Below, in pieces: positions 1 to 12,200 of a DNA stretch of 64,000 bases. A model generated the notes under the pieces. The model made no database searches. It was not told the DNA's origin and worked only from the letters and a program-made list of their open reading frames with translations. Position numbers and translations under genes: made by a program. How positions within the stretch are numbered: position 1 is the stretch's first letter; each line of letters opens with the position of its first letter. The stretch lies in contig OZ076415.1 in NCBI GenBank assembly GCA_964187785.1, positions 43,586,001-43,650,000 on the forward strand, read 5' to 3'. Source of the stretch: Amphiscolops sp. MND2022 (Eukaryota).

Positions 1-2
1 CT

Positions 3-3000
3 TGCCAGGAGGATCATCGCCTTTATGCTTGTTCACAATTCAAAGGAATGTGTCTTGCTGATAGACATAAGTTCATAAAAGACAAAAAGCTCTGTTTCAA
101 CTGCTTCCAATCGGGACACTCGTCTAATGCGTGCCCATCAAAGTTCACTTGTCGTGAGTGCAAAATGAAACATCACACCTTGCTTCATCGACCTCAGAAA
201 CAGCTCCCTGATCAACGCACCTCTACAAAGACTTATTCAAGTATGAATTCGACTTCCAACAAAATGGAGTCTACAAAGCAATTCACCACATGGCACTTTA
301 GTGCTGACAATGAAATAAATACTGTTCTTCTTTCTACATCTCTTGTAACAATTCGGAATTCATCGGGAGACGCGATCAAGCTGCGGGCTCTCTTAGATTC
401 TGGTTCACAAGCCAGTTTCGTAACAGAAGATGTTGCAAAGGCGCTCATGCTGCCAACTCAGCGCAGCCAAATAAATGTTTCTACAATGGGTTCTTCCCAT
501 TTCCAAAAAACTCGAGGCTTATTGCCTGTGAAGTTGAATGATACTATCGAAGTTAATCTTCATCTCATACCAAAAATCTCCAATACCATTCCTGATAAAG
601 AAATTGACGTTTCGACTATGCGCCATGTGAAAAATCTTAACTTAGCTGATCCAATTTTCAACGTTCCTAATAAGGTTGATCTCTTGCTAGGTGCAGATGT
701 TATAGAAGACATTATGCTTGATAATAAAATAAAGGACAACGGCTTGTGCATTCGGGATTCCGTATTCGGTTGGGTTGTGTCTGGTCCTGTGTATTCGTCT
801 GGCAGCAACAACGTTGTGTCCCACATGACTACCACTCCGAATTGTGACTCTGACCAACTCCTTTTGAAATTTTGGGAAATAGAAAGTGTCCCCGAAACTA
901 GACATTTAACTTTGGATGAGCGTCGTTGTGAAGAGCACTTCGATAGCACCACAAAACGCAATGAAGACGGCCGTTTTGTAGTACAGATGCCATTTAAAGA
1001 TGGACCCCACAATTTAGGACTTTCGAAAGCGAACGCATTGAAGCGTTTCATTCGTCTCGAATACACTTTGCGCCATAATGTCGATCTTTTTCGAAAGTAT
1101 TCAGCTTTTATTCAAGAATTCATTGACCTTGGACACTTGGAGAAGGTCCAACCCGGGGAGATTAATAATTCTCCGAACTTCTACTTGCCTCATCATTGCG
1201 TGCTGAAAGAAGATAGTACAACCACCAAGTTGCGTGTTGTATTTGACGCTAGTGCTAAAACGAAAACTGGTTTTTCACTTAATGATTGTTTGCTAGTTGG
1301 TCCCAAACTTCAAGATGATTTGTTTAATATTCTCGTACGATTCCGTTTCTTCAAGATTGCTTTATCAGCTGATGTAGCGAAGATGTATCGGCAAGTTGAG
1401 CTGGATAAAGCCGATCGAGACTTTCATCGGATCCTCTGGAGATTTACAGCTGATGGTCCGGTTGAAACCTTACGCATGACCCGAGTTACATATGGCGTAG
1501 CTTCCTCATCGTATCATTCAATCCGATCTTTGCGAGAATGTGCCAATTTGTCGGAAGTATCCACTGAGGTTCAAAGAGCTATATTGAGAGATTTTTATGT
1601 TGATGACATTCTCACTGGAGCCAATTCGATCGATGAAGCTCGAATACTCCAAAAGCAATTAGTAGAAACTCTTAAACGAGGAAGATTCGATCTCCGCAAG
1701 TGGACTTCGAACGAATCCAGCATTATCTTAGACCTTCCGCCCGAGTATCGCGAAGCAAATGATAACTTGGAGTTTTTAGACAAAGACCATACAATAAAAA
1801 CGCTCGGTATTGTTTGGCAACACAGCGAAGATCGCTTCGTTTTTAAGGTTTCCCAAATCGAAAAGGAAAACTTTAAAGCAAAGGTCTTGACCAAAAGACA
1901 AATGCTCAGTGACATTTCAAAGACTTTCGACCCATTGGGTTGGTTGTCATCAGTTACCATTTTCTTGAAACAGTTAATGCAAAGGGCTTGGGAAGCAAAA
2001 ATTTCATGGGATGATCACCTCCCTTCCGAACTTGCCGACCAATATTTGAAGTGGAGGACGAAATTGATCTCTTTAAAGGATGTGGAATTGCAACGATTCG
2101 TATTACTTGATGGATTCTCGGACAAGATTGAGTTGCATCTCTTCTGTGATGCATCAGAAAGGGCTTATGCTGCTTGTATTTATATTGTTGCCACAGATTC
2201 TCATGGTAGGCGGAAGTCATCCCTGCTTGTTGCCAAAACCAAGGTAGCCCCCGTGAAAACACAATCTGTTCCGAGATCAGAATTATGTGCTGCTTTGCTA
2301 GACACTAGGTTATATCAATCTGTCATCAAGTCTATTGGTCAAACGCCAGTTGTTATTGAGAAAACCTTCGCGTGGACTGATTCAACACTAGTTCTGTGTT
2401 GGTTGTCAAAAGAACCATCTCGCTGGTCAACTTTTGTTTCAAACAGAATTAGTGAAATTCAAGGTGAAAACAAATTGAATTGGAATCATGTGTGTTCCGA
2501 GGAGAATCCTGCGGATCCTGCATCTCGAGGAATTAACCCTGACGAAATAAACCAACATGACCTATGGTGGAATGGTCCGAAGTGGTTACTAACAGGGGCA
2601 TTTCCGAAAACATTGTCAATTGTTGAAACATCTGAAGAGTTGAAAAAGTCGACTCTAACAACAGGAATTACCAGTCTTCAAACCTCTGTGGCTCACAGGG
2701 ATACCAAAAAGGATGTTATTGATTTGTCGAGGTTTAACTCCTTATACAAAGTCCTCCGAATTCTTGCTTACGCCAGACGTTTTATTGACAAACTGAAGAA
2801 GAACTTGGTTGTTTTACCAAGTTACATTACTGCCCCAGAGTTAACAGAGTCAATCATAATTTTGATTCGCCAAGAACAAATGAATCGATATTCGGAAGAA
2901 ATCCGAACTCTAGAAATTGCACAACAAGTTAAGCCCAAGAGTCAAATCTGCAAAGTATACCCGTTTCTCGATAATGGCATTCTTTGTGTCGGAGGAAGAT

Positions 3001-4226
3001 TAGTACATGCAAAGTTGCCCGAAGAAAGCAAGTTTCAAAGACTAATTCCTCAAGACAGTCACCTCGCACGTCTAATTGTATTGAATTCTCACCAGCTGAC
3101 ACTCCATGGTGGGACTAGTCAAACAATTGCTCATATTAGAACTCGTTTCTGGATTCCCAGTTGTAGAAATTTGGTTCGAAAAATGATAAGGAATTGTGTC
3201 AATTGTAATCGCTTCAACTCGAAGCCAGTTTTCCCCTTGATGGGAGATCTTCCAAAGACAAGAGTTGACCCTCCTATAAAAGCCTTTGAGGACGTGGGCC
3301 TAGACTTTGCTGGTCCTTTCTTTTGTAGGAAATCTCCGAATTCTCTTGAGAAATCCTACCTAGCACTTTTTGTGTGCTTTGCCAGTAAAGCAGTTCACCT
3401 GGAACTAGTCTCCGATCTTAGTACAGCAGCATGTATTGCAGCCATTAGAAGATTCGTTTCTCGCAGAGGTTGTCCTAAAAATCTTTATAGTGATAATGGG
3501 AAACATTTTGTTGGTTCGGATAAAGAAATAGCAGACCTTCAAAAGATATTAAGGAATGAACACTGTGACTCCTTGCAGGCTGAAGCAGCAGGCTTGCACA
3601 TCAAGTGGTTCTTCATCCCTCCAAGAGCTCCTCACTTTGGTGGCCCATGGGAATCAGCAATCAAGTGTGCAAAGATACATCTCCGAAAAGTTATGGGAAA
3701 CAAAGTTCTGTCCTTTGAAGAACTATGTACTCTACTTTGTCAAATTGAAATGATTTTGAATTCAAGACCAATCTGCCCATTATCAGAAGATCCAAATGAC
3801 GAGTTTTTCTTAACTCCTGCTCACTTCTGCTTGGGTGGAAAGTTGGAGAATCTACCTTTGAGCCAAACTACCGATGATTTGAAAAACCCTGACAGTACAC
3901 ATTCACCCACAAAAAGATGGATACAAATACAGAAAATGGTCTCTCATTTTTGGAAAAGATGGGTCAAAGAATATGTACTCTCCCTGCAAGAAAGAAATAA
4001 ATGGAAACTAGAAACTTCTAATTTGAAAGTTGGTGATATTGTTTTTGTAATTGATGACAATGTTCCCCCACTACAGTGGCCTTTGGCTAAAATCCAACAT
4101 GTCTACACCGGCCCAGACAAGTTTGTGAGAGTCGTAAAAATAAAAACCGCTACAGGAATCTACAATCGACCGGTGCATAAATTGAAGAAAATGTTTGATG
4201 CTAATTTCAATGATGAATTCAAATGA
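3..4226 (+). CDS. BEL/Pao gag-pol polyprotein (open from the window start)
   Basis: Three Gag Cys-His knuckles (C..DHRLYAC, CFNCFQSGHSSNAC, CRECKMKHHTLLH). Protease LLDSGS, RT FYVDD, RNase H LHLFCDAS. Integrase HHCC plus GLDFAGP/SDNG/WESAIK, and the Pao C-terminal WPLAKI...RPVHKL. Confidence 0.95.
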   Translation, partial: CQEDHRLYACSQFKGMCLADRHKFIKDKKLCFNCFQSGHSSNACPSKFTCRECKMKHHTLLHRPQKQLPDQRTSTKTYSSMNSTSNKMESTKQFTTWHFSADNEINTVLLSTSLVTIRNSSGDAIKLRALLDSGSQASFVTEDVAKALMLPTQRSQINVSTMGSSHFQKTRGLLPVKLNDTIEVNLHLIPKISNTIPDKEIDVSTMRHVKNLNLADPIFNVPNKVDLLLGADVIEDIMLDNKIKDNGLCIRDSVFGWVVSGPVYSSGSNNVVSHMTTTPNCDSDQLLLKFWEIESVPETRHLTLDERRCEEHFDSTTKRNEDGRFVVQMPFKDGPHNLGLSKANALKRFIRLEYTLRHNVDLFRKYSAFIQEFIDLGHLEKVQPGEINNSPNFYLPHHCVLKEDSTTTKLRVVFDASAKTKTGFSLNDCLLVGPKLQDDLFNILVRFRFFKIALSADVAKMYRQVELDKADRDFHRILWRFTADGPVETLRMTRVTYGVASSSYHSIRSLRECANLSEVSTEVQRAILRDFYVDDILTGANSIDEARILQKQLVETLKRGRFDLRKWTSNESSIILDLPPEYREANDNLEFLDKDHTIKTLGIVWQHSEDRFVFKVSQIEKENFKAKVLTKRQMLSDISKTFDPLGWLSSVTIFLKQLMQRAWEAKISWDDHLPSELADQYLKWRTKLISLKDVELQRFVLLDGFSDKIELHLFCDASERAYAACIYIVATDSHGRRKSSLLVAKTKVAPVKTQSVPRSELCAALLDTRLYQSVIKSIGQTPVVIEKTFAWTDSTLVLCWLSKEPSRWSTFVSNRISEIQGENKLNWNHVCSEENPADPASRGINPDEINQHDLWWNGPKWLLTGAFPKTLSIVETSEELKKSTLTTGITSLQTSVAHRDTKKDVIDLSRFNSLYKVLRILAYARRFIDKLKKNLVVLPSYITAPELTESIIILIRQEQMNRYSEEIRTLEIAQQVKPKSQICKVYPFLDNGILCVGGRLVHAKLPEESKFQRLIPQDSHLARLIVLNSHQLTLHGGTSQTIAHIRTRFWIPSCRNLVRKMIRNCVNCNRFNSKPVFPLMGDLPKTRVDPPIKAFEDVGLDFAGPFFCRKSPNSLEKSYLALFVCFASKAVHLELVSDLSTAACIAAIRRFVSRRGCPKNLYSDNGKHFVGSDKEIADLQKILRNEHCDSLQAEAAGLHIKWFFIPPRAPHFGGPWESAIKCAKIHLRKVMGNKVLSFEELCTLLCQIEMILNSRPICPLSEDPNDEFFLTPAHFCLGGKLENLPLSQTTDDLKNPDSTHSPTKRWIQIQKMVSHFWKRWVKEYVLSLQERNKWKLETSNLKVGDIVFVIDDNVPPLQWPLAKIQHVYTGPDKFVRVVKIKTATGIYNRPVHKLKKMFDANFNDEFK

Positions 4227-4329
4227 CTTTGTTCCCTAACCTTATATATCTTTTACTGTGCCTTATTTTATTGCGCTTGCGTGTTCAACGCTCTTGTTAA
4301 TTTCTTCCCTGCGAAATCAAGGCAGGCGG

Positions 4330-4738
4330 TGTTATGTTCTGAATGGAATTTTATTTGGAATCGATGAATCATTCCTTCAAATAATTGACTTCAAACAAAT
4401 TATAGTTCAAAATTGTAAAGCATACATGTATCTTGGATGAATATTTCCCTCGGCATTTTGTAAATATCTTCACATGTGTTTTTTGTTTTCCCGCATCCTG
4501 TGTGTTTTAATTGCTAGACACAAATCTTCCGGAAATAATAATTTTTCCTTTTTTAATCATTTTTTGGCTGATGGAGCGGCCTGGTCCGCCATTAGAAAAG
4601 TAGGGCTATCGGTGAGACACAGTATTAAAAAATCGCAGTCACTGAGACGCTTGTTTCAAGTTAGTCTCAATTGTGTTTTGTCAGACCTGGGGCCAGATTC
4701 AGAAACCTCTGGTATGGTAATTCGGGACGAGAGCAACA
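4330..4738 (+). repeat. 3' LTR of the BEL/Pao element
   Basis: Starts TGTT right after a PPT-like tract and ends ...gggacgagagcAACA. The partner LTR is outside the window, so the boundaries are inferred. Confidence 0.65.
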
Positions 4739-6259
4739 CTTCGTGTCTTTTACACCAGACAATCAAAACTGTTTTCGACTAAAGTTTTGTCTTGATTTTT
4801 CCATTGAGCCTTTTAGATGTTAAAAGTGTTAATACAACAAAGAGAACGGATCGTATCAACAACCCATGGAGCACAATCTGAAAGGAGAAGAAAGGTAAGC
4901 GTGATTTTTTAAACTGAATTTGAATGCGACGAGAGGTCATTTCTGCTGCGATACAGTTGACATAACAGTTATTACATTCAACATCTTCGACGCTGCAACG
5001 AGAATTAAACGAAAAAATTTGAACCCGTTGTAAAATTACGAACTGATAATGATTAATAACTAGTCCCAGCAAGATCCTTTTAGAAAACTTGTATTGTTTA
5101 AATGGTGCTACAGCTAATATAGATGTGCTGAAAACAAAAATTTGTTCTATAAGACTACTACCATTGCCTACTGATAGTTCAACAATGTTTTGAGTAGAAG
5201 TAGTTACAACGATGTTAGTTCCAGCGCAACAAGTTATCCGGTGCAACTCCGTGGTGTTCGTGTTTCCATGCATGCAACTGTATGGAATCGCATGGTTCAT
5301 GGTTCAAACTAGAAAGGAATGGAATCATGGCATAACTTTTATAATTTTTTAAAGAAAAGTGCGCTTGTACCAGACAAGGCATTGTGTTTATATATATCGA
5401 AATGATGGCTTGACAAATTTTAAATACCGAAAAGATGGCAAAAAGCAACAACAAAGTTACAGATGCCTCAATTTCGTCAATTAAATATTGGTTTATTGGA
5501 GAAAAATAAACAGATGCAGTGTATTGGCACCCTCTGGAACACAAATTCTTTTGATATTGGAATTGGAAAATTTTTCGGAATTGGTACAAGCGGAGTTTTT
5601 GCTGTTTCCGCCGTTTTGCGAAACAAAGACGATAGTAGACAGCTCGTAGAGACTGTGAAATTTTCCAGAAAGGCTCTTGTTTAGGTGCTAACATTCGCTT
5701 TTCATTGATTTTTGGCAATATGTAACCTTAGAGGCGAAAACCGGAAAAATCAGTCTTTTTGCCTAAAAGTCTTCGTTTGGTACCTGATATGCCAGCTTGT
5801 AGCTATGTGGTTGACCATTTTGATGCGTGCTTTGATGTATTTGCACTGTTATTAGCTGTATTTTCTAGCTCGAGAGCTACTTTTGACAATTTTATACGTT
5901 ATTCTCATGTCACCCTGGAAATAGAAACTTATCTTATTCTTGGCATTGTTATTATATGCTAGTTAAACGGTGGTCTTTGGAGAGTCAGAACGATGCCTGT
6001 CTTTATTAGCAATCAAAGACTGGAACCGGTTGGTAGGTTTCGTCAAAGCACCCACAGCGTCGGGACGTATATCACTCTGGGGCAGAATGGACATGTGACG
6101 CTGGGCGCCTGTCCCCAGCGACGCACCTTTTCTGCAAATTCCCCCACCTTTGTAAATAGAATTGTAGTTTCAGTTAAGCTGCTCAGAAGCTCAATACTGG
6201 TATGAGTGAACGGACATTTGAAGCACGGCACCGATGGTTATTGAAAACAATTAGGCCTG

Positions 6260-8106
6260 TGTCGCCGGCTTACCCGTGCGAGATGTCCGGAGTGCAACAT
6301 CGATGACACAGTCAACGCTGCTTACCCATCATGATGGCTGTCTACCCGAATATGGACAAGAACTTGATAAACATTTCAGACTGTAAACTTAAACAATGCT
6401 TGTTGTTGTTCGTTTATTAAAATGTTGCTTTTAGTTGTACATTTCATCTAAAATGATGATTGTTGAATGTCGTTATTGTTGTTACTGTTTCACCCATAGG
6501 GTGCGTTGATCAATTGAAAAACAACTGGAAAGGTAACGCCAAAGTTACCTAAACAGTGCTAAATCTTTGTTTTGTCGTCTTAAATCATAGGAAAGAATTA
6601 AATTCAATGGTCCTATATATCTTTCCTACATTAAATCATTTGTAGTCCAATCATGAGGAAAACAATCAAAAACAGTATGACGATCCATTTAAAATCAGCA
6701 TAATGATTTCGTGCGTTTATTTAATACTGATTATGCGGTCTTATGCAGTTTTCACAAAACAGCATATGCGGTTTTGTTAAAGAAACAGCATAATGGTTAT
6801 GTACGCAATATAGTTTATACTTTGTATTGCATTATGCGGAAATTCAGCAGAAATAGCATGATGACTTCAGTTAAAAACAGCATATGCGGAAATTTAGTAG
6901 AAACAGCATGATGACTTGAGTTAAAAACAGCATATGCGGAAATAGAGCAGAAACAGCATGATTTTTCAGATTGGAAACAGCATATGCGGAAACCCCGTGG
7001 AAACAGTATGACGTTTCAATGTAGGAACAGCATATGCGGAAATTTGACAGAAACATTTTGACGTTTTAACTTGAAAACAGTATAAAGATTCTTATTGCAG
7101 TTGATAAAATTATTCTGAATTAAGAGGTTTTCATGAGACAGTAATATACTGCATTATGATGTAAAACAGTATAATTTGCAGCATTTTCAGTGTTACGACG
7201 TTGTAAGTCCCAGTGCTATATTTAGACCTTCCAGGAGTCTGACGTAATATCATACTTTTAACATTTAACCCTAGAAACATGACGTTATGATGATTTGCAT
7301 AAAATTGAAAGTCATGTAACTAAAAAATCACATAATAAAATCAGTTGAAGAAAGACCATCAAAAAATCATTTTTCTAACGATCATTCGAGAAATATCGCA
7401 CATTCAGAGCAGTCACTCAATTTCACAAACAACTCGAAATCCACAAACTTCGCAGTTTCTTTTCTCTGTAAAAATAACTTCCAAAGTTTCATTTTGCCAA
7501 AATATCTTTGTAATTCAAAGATTTTCGCGCCTAACATTGTTTCCATCATGGGAAACAAGAGAAATAGACGATCAAGGAGAATAGAATCTCAATCATCAGA
7601 CAGAGACGAAATTTCTTCGGAAACAAGCTTCACTCAAGGTAATGCTACTTTAGTTGGTGTTTCTGAAAATGTTATCACTACTCTTGACAGGAACTTAGGC
7701 AGCGAACTAACAGTACCTTCTCAAATAAGCAATGAGATAGAAGTTATTTCACAAAGACTAACAGAACAGAATAACTACAAGATGTCACAGATCGAAGAGC
7801 AACTAAATAACAAATTCGAAGAGATACTTAAGGAGATTAGAACAAACAAAAACTACATTGTAATAACTGATGAAGAGGATGCCGAGAACAATCAGCCCGG
7901 TCCTTCTAACTATAGAAATAAGGGTCTCAGGAACAAACACGCATCAAGTTCAACATCAGATAAAATTAGGAATCAAGATGACCGATTCTATCCGTCTGAA
8001 ATGAGTGAATTGAGACAACCGTACACTCCCCTTGGGATTGCTGAACACACTTTAGACGAAACCATCATCATAAATGAAAACAGACAGGAAAGGGCCGATC
8101 ATCACA
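6260..8106 (+). repeat. 5' LTR of Gypsy A (1847 bp)
   Basis: tgtcgccggc...gatcatcaca; direct repeat of 22323-24170 with scattered substitutions. Confidence 0.95.
6750..7060. repeat. About 50-bp tandem array (about 25-bp half units) inside the Gypsy A LTR
   Basis: Repeated aaacagcatatgcggaaa...aaacagcatgatg units. Also present in the 3' LTR copies (about 21440-21740 and 22810-23110). Confidence 0.85.
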
Positions 8107-9191
8107 TGGTGACCGGACCTACAAAGAACATCCTGAGACAAAGTTCGACTAACTCCAACACCACAAATACACAAGGACCACACGCACAAACTCCTCTCGA
8201 GCATCCTGAACCAACAGATCCTGTCAGTCAAATTGTTATAGCAATCAAAAATCTCCCACGAAGAAATACCGAACCACCCGACAAACACACTTACTTTCAA
8301 CGGGAAACTAGAAAAAATTGAAAATTTCGAGTATTTTGAAAATCTTTTCCACACAACACTCAAAATGCAACCACCCCTCACGGAGGACATGAAAATCAAC
8401 AATTTTCATGCCCATCTAAGAAGACTAGCATTGAAAACTTTTAAAAACATCCAAAGAACTTCGACAACAACACTTGAAGATATTTTAGTAGTCTTCAGAA
8501 GGAAATATGTTAAGCCTGAATCCAGTGACTCTGCAAAACACAGATTTACCCGGCTCATGTTCCAACCAGAAAATCAAAAACTACCCGACTTTCTTGAAGA
8601 CCTCCAAGAAAGCGCTGAAAAGCATTTGGTGAAGCAGCACCACAGATGATTGAGTGCCTGATATATGCAAAAATGCCCTCTCATCTCAAAAAAATCAATC
8701 AACCAGGCTTACCTCGAAAACGGTACCTATGAACAAATCGTGAAACATCTAGAAAGAGAGATGGAGCTCAATGGACTCGAAGCAGATGAGCCCCTAGTGA
8801 AAACTCAATTAACTGCAGTCAAACAACAAACCAACACACAAAACACTAAAACACCCCCACAAAACACAAAAACAAAAACAAAAATTCCAAACACAGTACC
8901 CAACAACACACTTCAAGATAACCAATGCCGATATTGCAAGGATGAAGGCCACATAGCAAAAGAGTGCCCAAAACTTGCAAAACGACAGAAAATTTATCAA
9001 AACACAAATGCACAAAGATGTTCCCATTGTAACACCCCTGGTCATGAAGAACCAAACTGTTACTTCAGAGCAAACATGGAAAATCGTCCACCTAAATGGA
9101 CACTTACTGAAACCCAGAAAAAACTAATCGAAGAATATAAAAAATCAAACAAAACACTCTCAAACTTTCAACATCGAAGAATTTAAACTAA
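7548..9191 (+). pseudogene. gag: gag of Gypsy A, frameshifted; the ATG lies inside the LTR
   Basis: MGNKRNRRSRR start at 7548. Fragments 7494-8321, 8365-8649 and 8665-9186 align with the intact gag of B. Two CCHC knuckles (CRYCKDEGHIAKEC, CSHCNTPGHEEPNC). Confidence 0.9.
8107..8120 (+). promoter_or_regulatory. Primer binding site of Gypsy A
   Basis: TGGTGACCGGACCT directly after the LTR-terminal CA. TGG complements tRNA CCA; the cognate tRNA is uncertain (the first 8 nt match the tRNA-Trp-type PBS). Confidence 0.7.
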
Positions 9192-9261
9192 TAAAGCCAC
9201 GCCTTCAAACAACAACACCCCAAAAACAATGCTCAGCTGATGACTGGCAGCATCCGCCGAG
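9182..9261 (+). promoter_or_regulatory. -1 ribosomal frameshift signal of Gypsy A
   Basis: T TTA AAC heptamer just before the gag stop, followed by GCCACGCC and a hairpin at 9232-9261. The same arrangement occurs in B. Confidence 0.75.
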
Positions 9262-12200
9262 CCCCAAACCTAAAAAAATCACAACCTACAATCACAACTT
9301 GACAAACAAAAGTGACACTCCGACTGCAAACACTCAAACTACACCACCCGACCAGCTTCAAGAGGACCTTAATGACTTACTCAAAGATGCCCCAGATAAT
9401 TACCTACTACGGCCTATGTTTGAACCTGAAATTGAACCCGAAACACAAAATCAGCAACCCACAATCTTGCGACCTCAACAAACACAAACTGACCAATTAA
9501 ACGTACAATCCACATCGACAACCCAAACTGACGATGACACTACATCGGAATTAACCAAAACTCTCTTCAGTGCGTCTCCTGGAAAACAACCTCTCATTGA
9601 TGCTAACGTTTTTAATCACCTCACAACAGACGAAGGTAATAACGTCGCATACCTAAAATTTTCCACAAACCTTACCCTCAAAAAAAAGCGTCATATGTAC
9701 TATTTCCCAATGGATTTTGAAAAGTTAACTCTGGATGGACTCATTGATACTGGCGCCCTTACAAGAAGATCTCAACAAAATAAAACTCCTTTCAAACGAA
9801 GCCATAAAAAATATTGGTCTAGCACCCAATTTTCAAATCATGGTGGCAAATGGTCAACTTGAGCGACCCATCGGCACCGTCTTACTTCAATTTGAAGTAG
9901 CAGACTTCCAATTTCAAGAGAACTTCATTGTCATGAAGGTACTACCCAACCCATTATTCGGACTGTGTTTTTTTACAAAGACACAATGCCATGTTTGACA
10001 TTCGACAAGGGATTATTACTTTCCCTTACCTGTCGATGCAACTACGTCCAGACCACACAACAAATACCCGAACAGCAACACCCCTTCTAACAGAAACTTC
10101 ATACACCCTACAACCCGGAGAAACCCTCGCAATCTCCAGCAAAATGCCACACCTGATAGATCACAATGCCACAGGTATTGTCACTCCGTCGTCACATATG
10201 GAAGATCACGAAAGTATTTTCATTACATCTTCCCTGAATACGGTTAATAACAATGCAGTGGGCTACCAAGTGATCAATTTTTCGGGTATGCCTTACACTC
10301 TTCCTGTAGATACACACATGGCAGACATCCGAGTTCTTACGCCCGAACAGATTAAACACATCAAACCTGTTGATCCATCAACCCTCACAATCATGATGCA
10401 TCAACACATGGAAAACACGGATCTATACCTCAACCAATTGATGAAAACAAATCAATCATCAGATGAACCAGAAACTTACTGGTTCCCAACACCTGAGGAA
10501 CCTGGGGATCCAGATACATACACTCCAATACAACAACACATATATGGTGAACTACTAGAACTCAAACAGCTAGAACAATTAAACCCAAACGACAACGACG
10601 AGTCAAGTATGAAATTTCTCAGTCACTTCGACTGGACAGACACTACCCTAAGCCCGTTCGAAAAACAACATATAGAAGACATTCTAGTACAATATCACAT
10701 CTTCGCAAGACATTGTTTCGATATAGGTACCAATAGAGAATTCAAGGTCAAACTGACTCCGAATGATGACAGACCAGCCTACAGTCAAAGTCTTCCTACA
10801 CCCATCAACCTCAAGGACGACATAACTGTTGAACTGGCCCTTCTTCAACGTTATGGAATCATCACCACCCTACCGTTCTCTAAATACGCAAGCCCTATTT
10901 TTGCCCAGAGGAAACCAAACGACGGAGGCCTTCGACTTTTGGCGGATCTGCGCAAAATCAACAACTTCATCACTCAAGACTACGTGAACAACAATCACCC
11001 AGTTAGCACGTTGTCAGATGCAGCACAGCATATGGCCGGAAAAACTTTTTTACAAACTTGATTGCTCTCAAGCATATCATTGCTTGCAAATGGCAGACTA
11101 TCAGTCCATACAGATGTTAGCCTTTAATTTTGCGAGTCGAACATTTGCATATCGCCGCCTTGCACAAGGTCTCAGCCGATCACTGTCTGCTTTCTCATCC
11201 TTCATGAGAGAATATTTGGATAAAGCAATCAAAGCTGATCAGTGCGCTCAATATGTCGATGACATCGGCATCGCTGCGAACGATTCTACCCAACTTTGCA
11301 TCAACATCAAGACAGTCTTTGAATGCATATGCAAAGCAGTACTCAAACTTACGATGGCCAAATGCCATTTTGGATTCAAACAAGTTGACTTCTTGGGTCG
11401 GACAATTACCCCAGAAGGAGTCTCGCCACAAACTGAAAAAGTCAAACAATTCCTTCAAAAACTCAAATTTCCGAAATCCGAAAAAGCACTTCAGAGATAA
11501 ATTGGGTTTCTCAACTACTACAGAAACTACATCCCTCGCTTATCAGAAAAACTAACACCCTTTTTCAAATTGCTCAAACAAACATCACAATTCTCCATTC
11601 CGGATACAATTCTTGAAGCATTCAAAAATCTCAACCAGCAACTGCATTAATCATGCAAACTTGCTCTCAAACAACCGATCAAAAACAAACAACTCATTTT
11701 TTTGACCGACGCTAGCTTTACAGCGGCAGGATATGCCCTCATGATTGAGGATGATCCCGACCAAAAGCTCCAATCTAGAAGGAAAACCTATGCTCCAATA
11801 GCCTTTGGTTCAAAAACTTTTAATCCAACCCAATTGAAAATGTCCATATACGCAAAAGAGTTCCTAGCAATCTTTGCGTTTTCTGAATTTGGACGCTTAA
11901 TGTGGGGCAGCGTTTTTCCTGTTATCGTCTTCACAGATAACAGATCTGTAACACGCTTTTTTCAAACCAAAATCAGCCCTCCGGCTCTTTGGAATGCATG
12001 CGAATACGTCCATCAATACAATATCGTCATTGCACATGTTGCCGGGGCCATGAATACGGCTGCAGACTTCCTATCGCGAACTGAATCGAACCCCACAGAA
12101 AAACTTGAAATGAACATCCGCAATGATGTCAATACAAAAGCAATTGAAGTTAACATACAGTCCACTGGGGTCGCCGAAGAGGAACTCCTTTACATACTTC

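Larger units (their letters stand above)
1..4738 (+). mobile_element. BEL/Pao LTR retrotransposon, 5'-truncated by the window edge
   Basis: Single polyprotein in Gag-PR-RT-RH-IN order with Pao-type motifs, followed by a purine-rich tract (aaggcaggcgg) and a TGTT...AACA LTR. Confidence 0.95.

Noticed and set aside
233-2262. Short opposite-strand ORFs overlapping the BEL and Gypsy pol/gag genes
   Set aside because: Shadow ORFs of long coding frames with no conservation between A and B.
4779-5718. Minus-strand ORFs of 173 and 167 aa
   Set aside because: No recognisable domain, AT-rich, overlapping a CATG repeat; cannot be supported as genes.
5960-6250. GC-richer patch that could be a host exon
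   Set aside because: One minus-strand frame is open for about 60 codons, but no motif or convincing splice partner was found.
6871-7056. Recurrent 61-aa ORF (also 21561 and 22934) and similar short ORFs in repeats
   Set aside because: By-products of the LTR tandem array.
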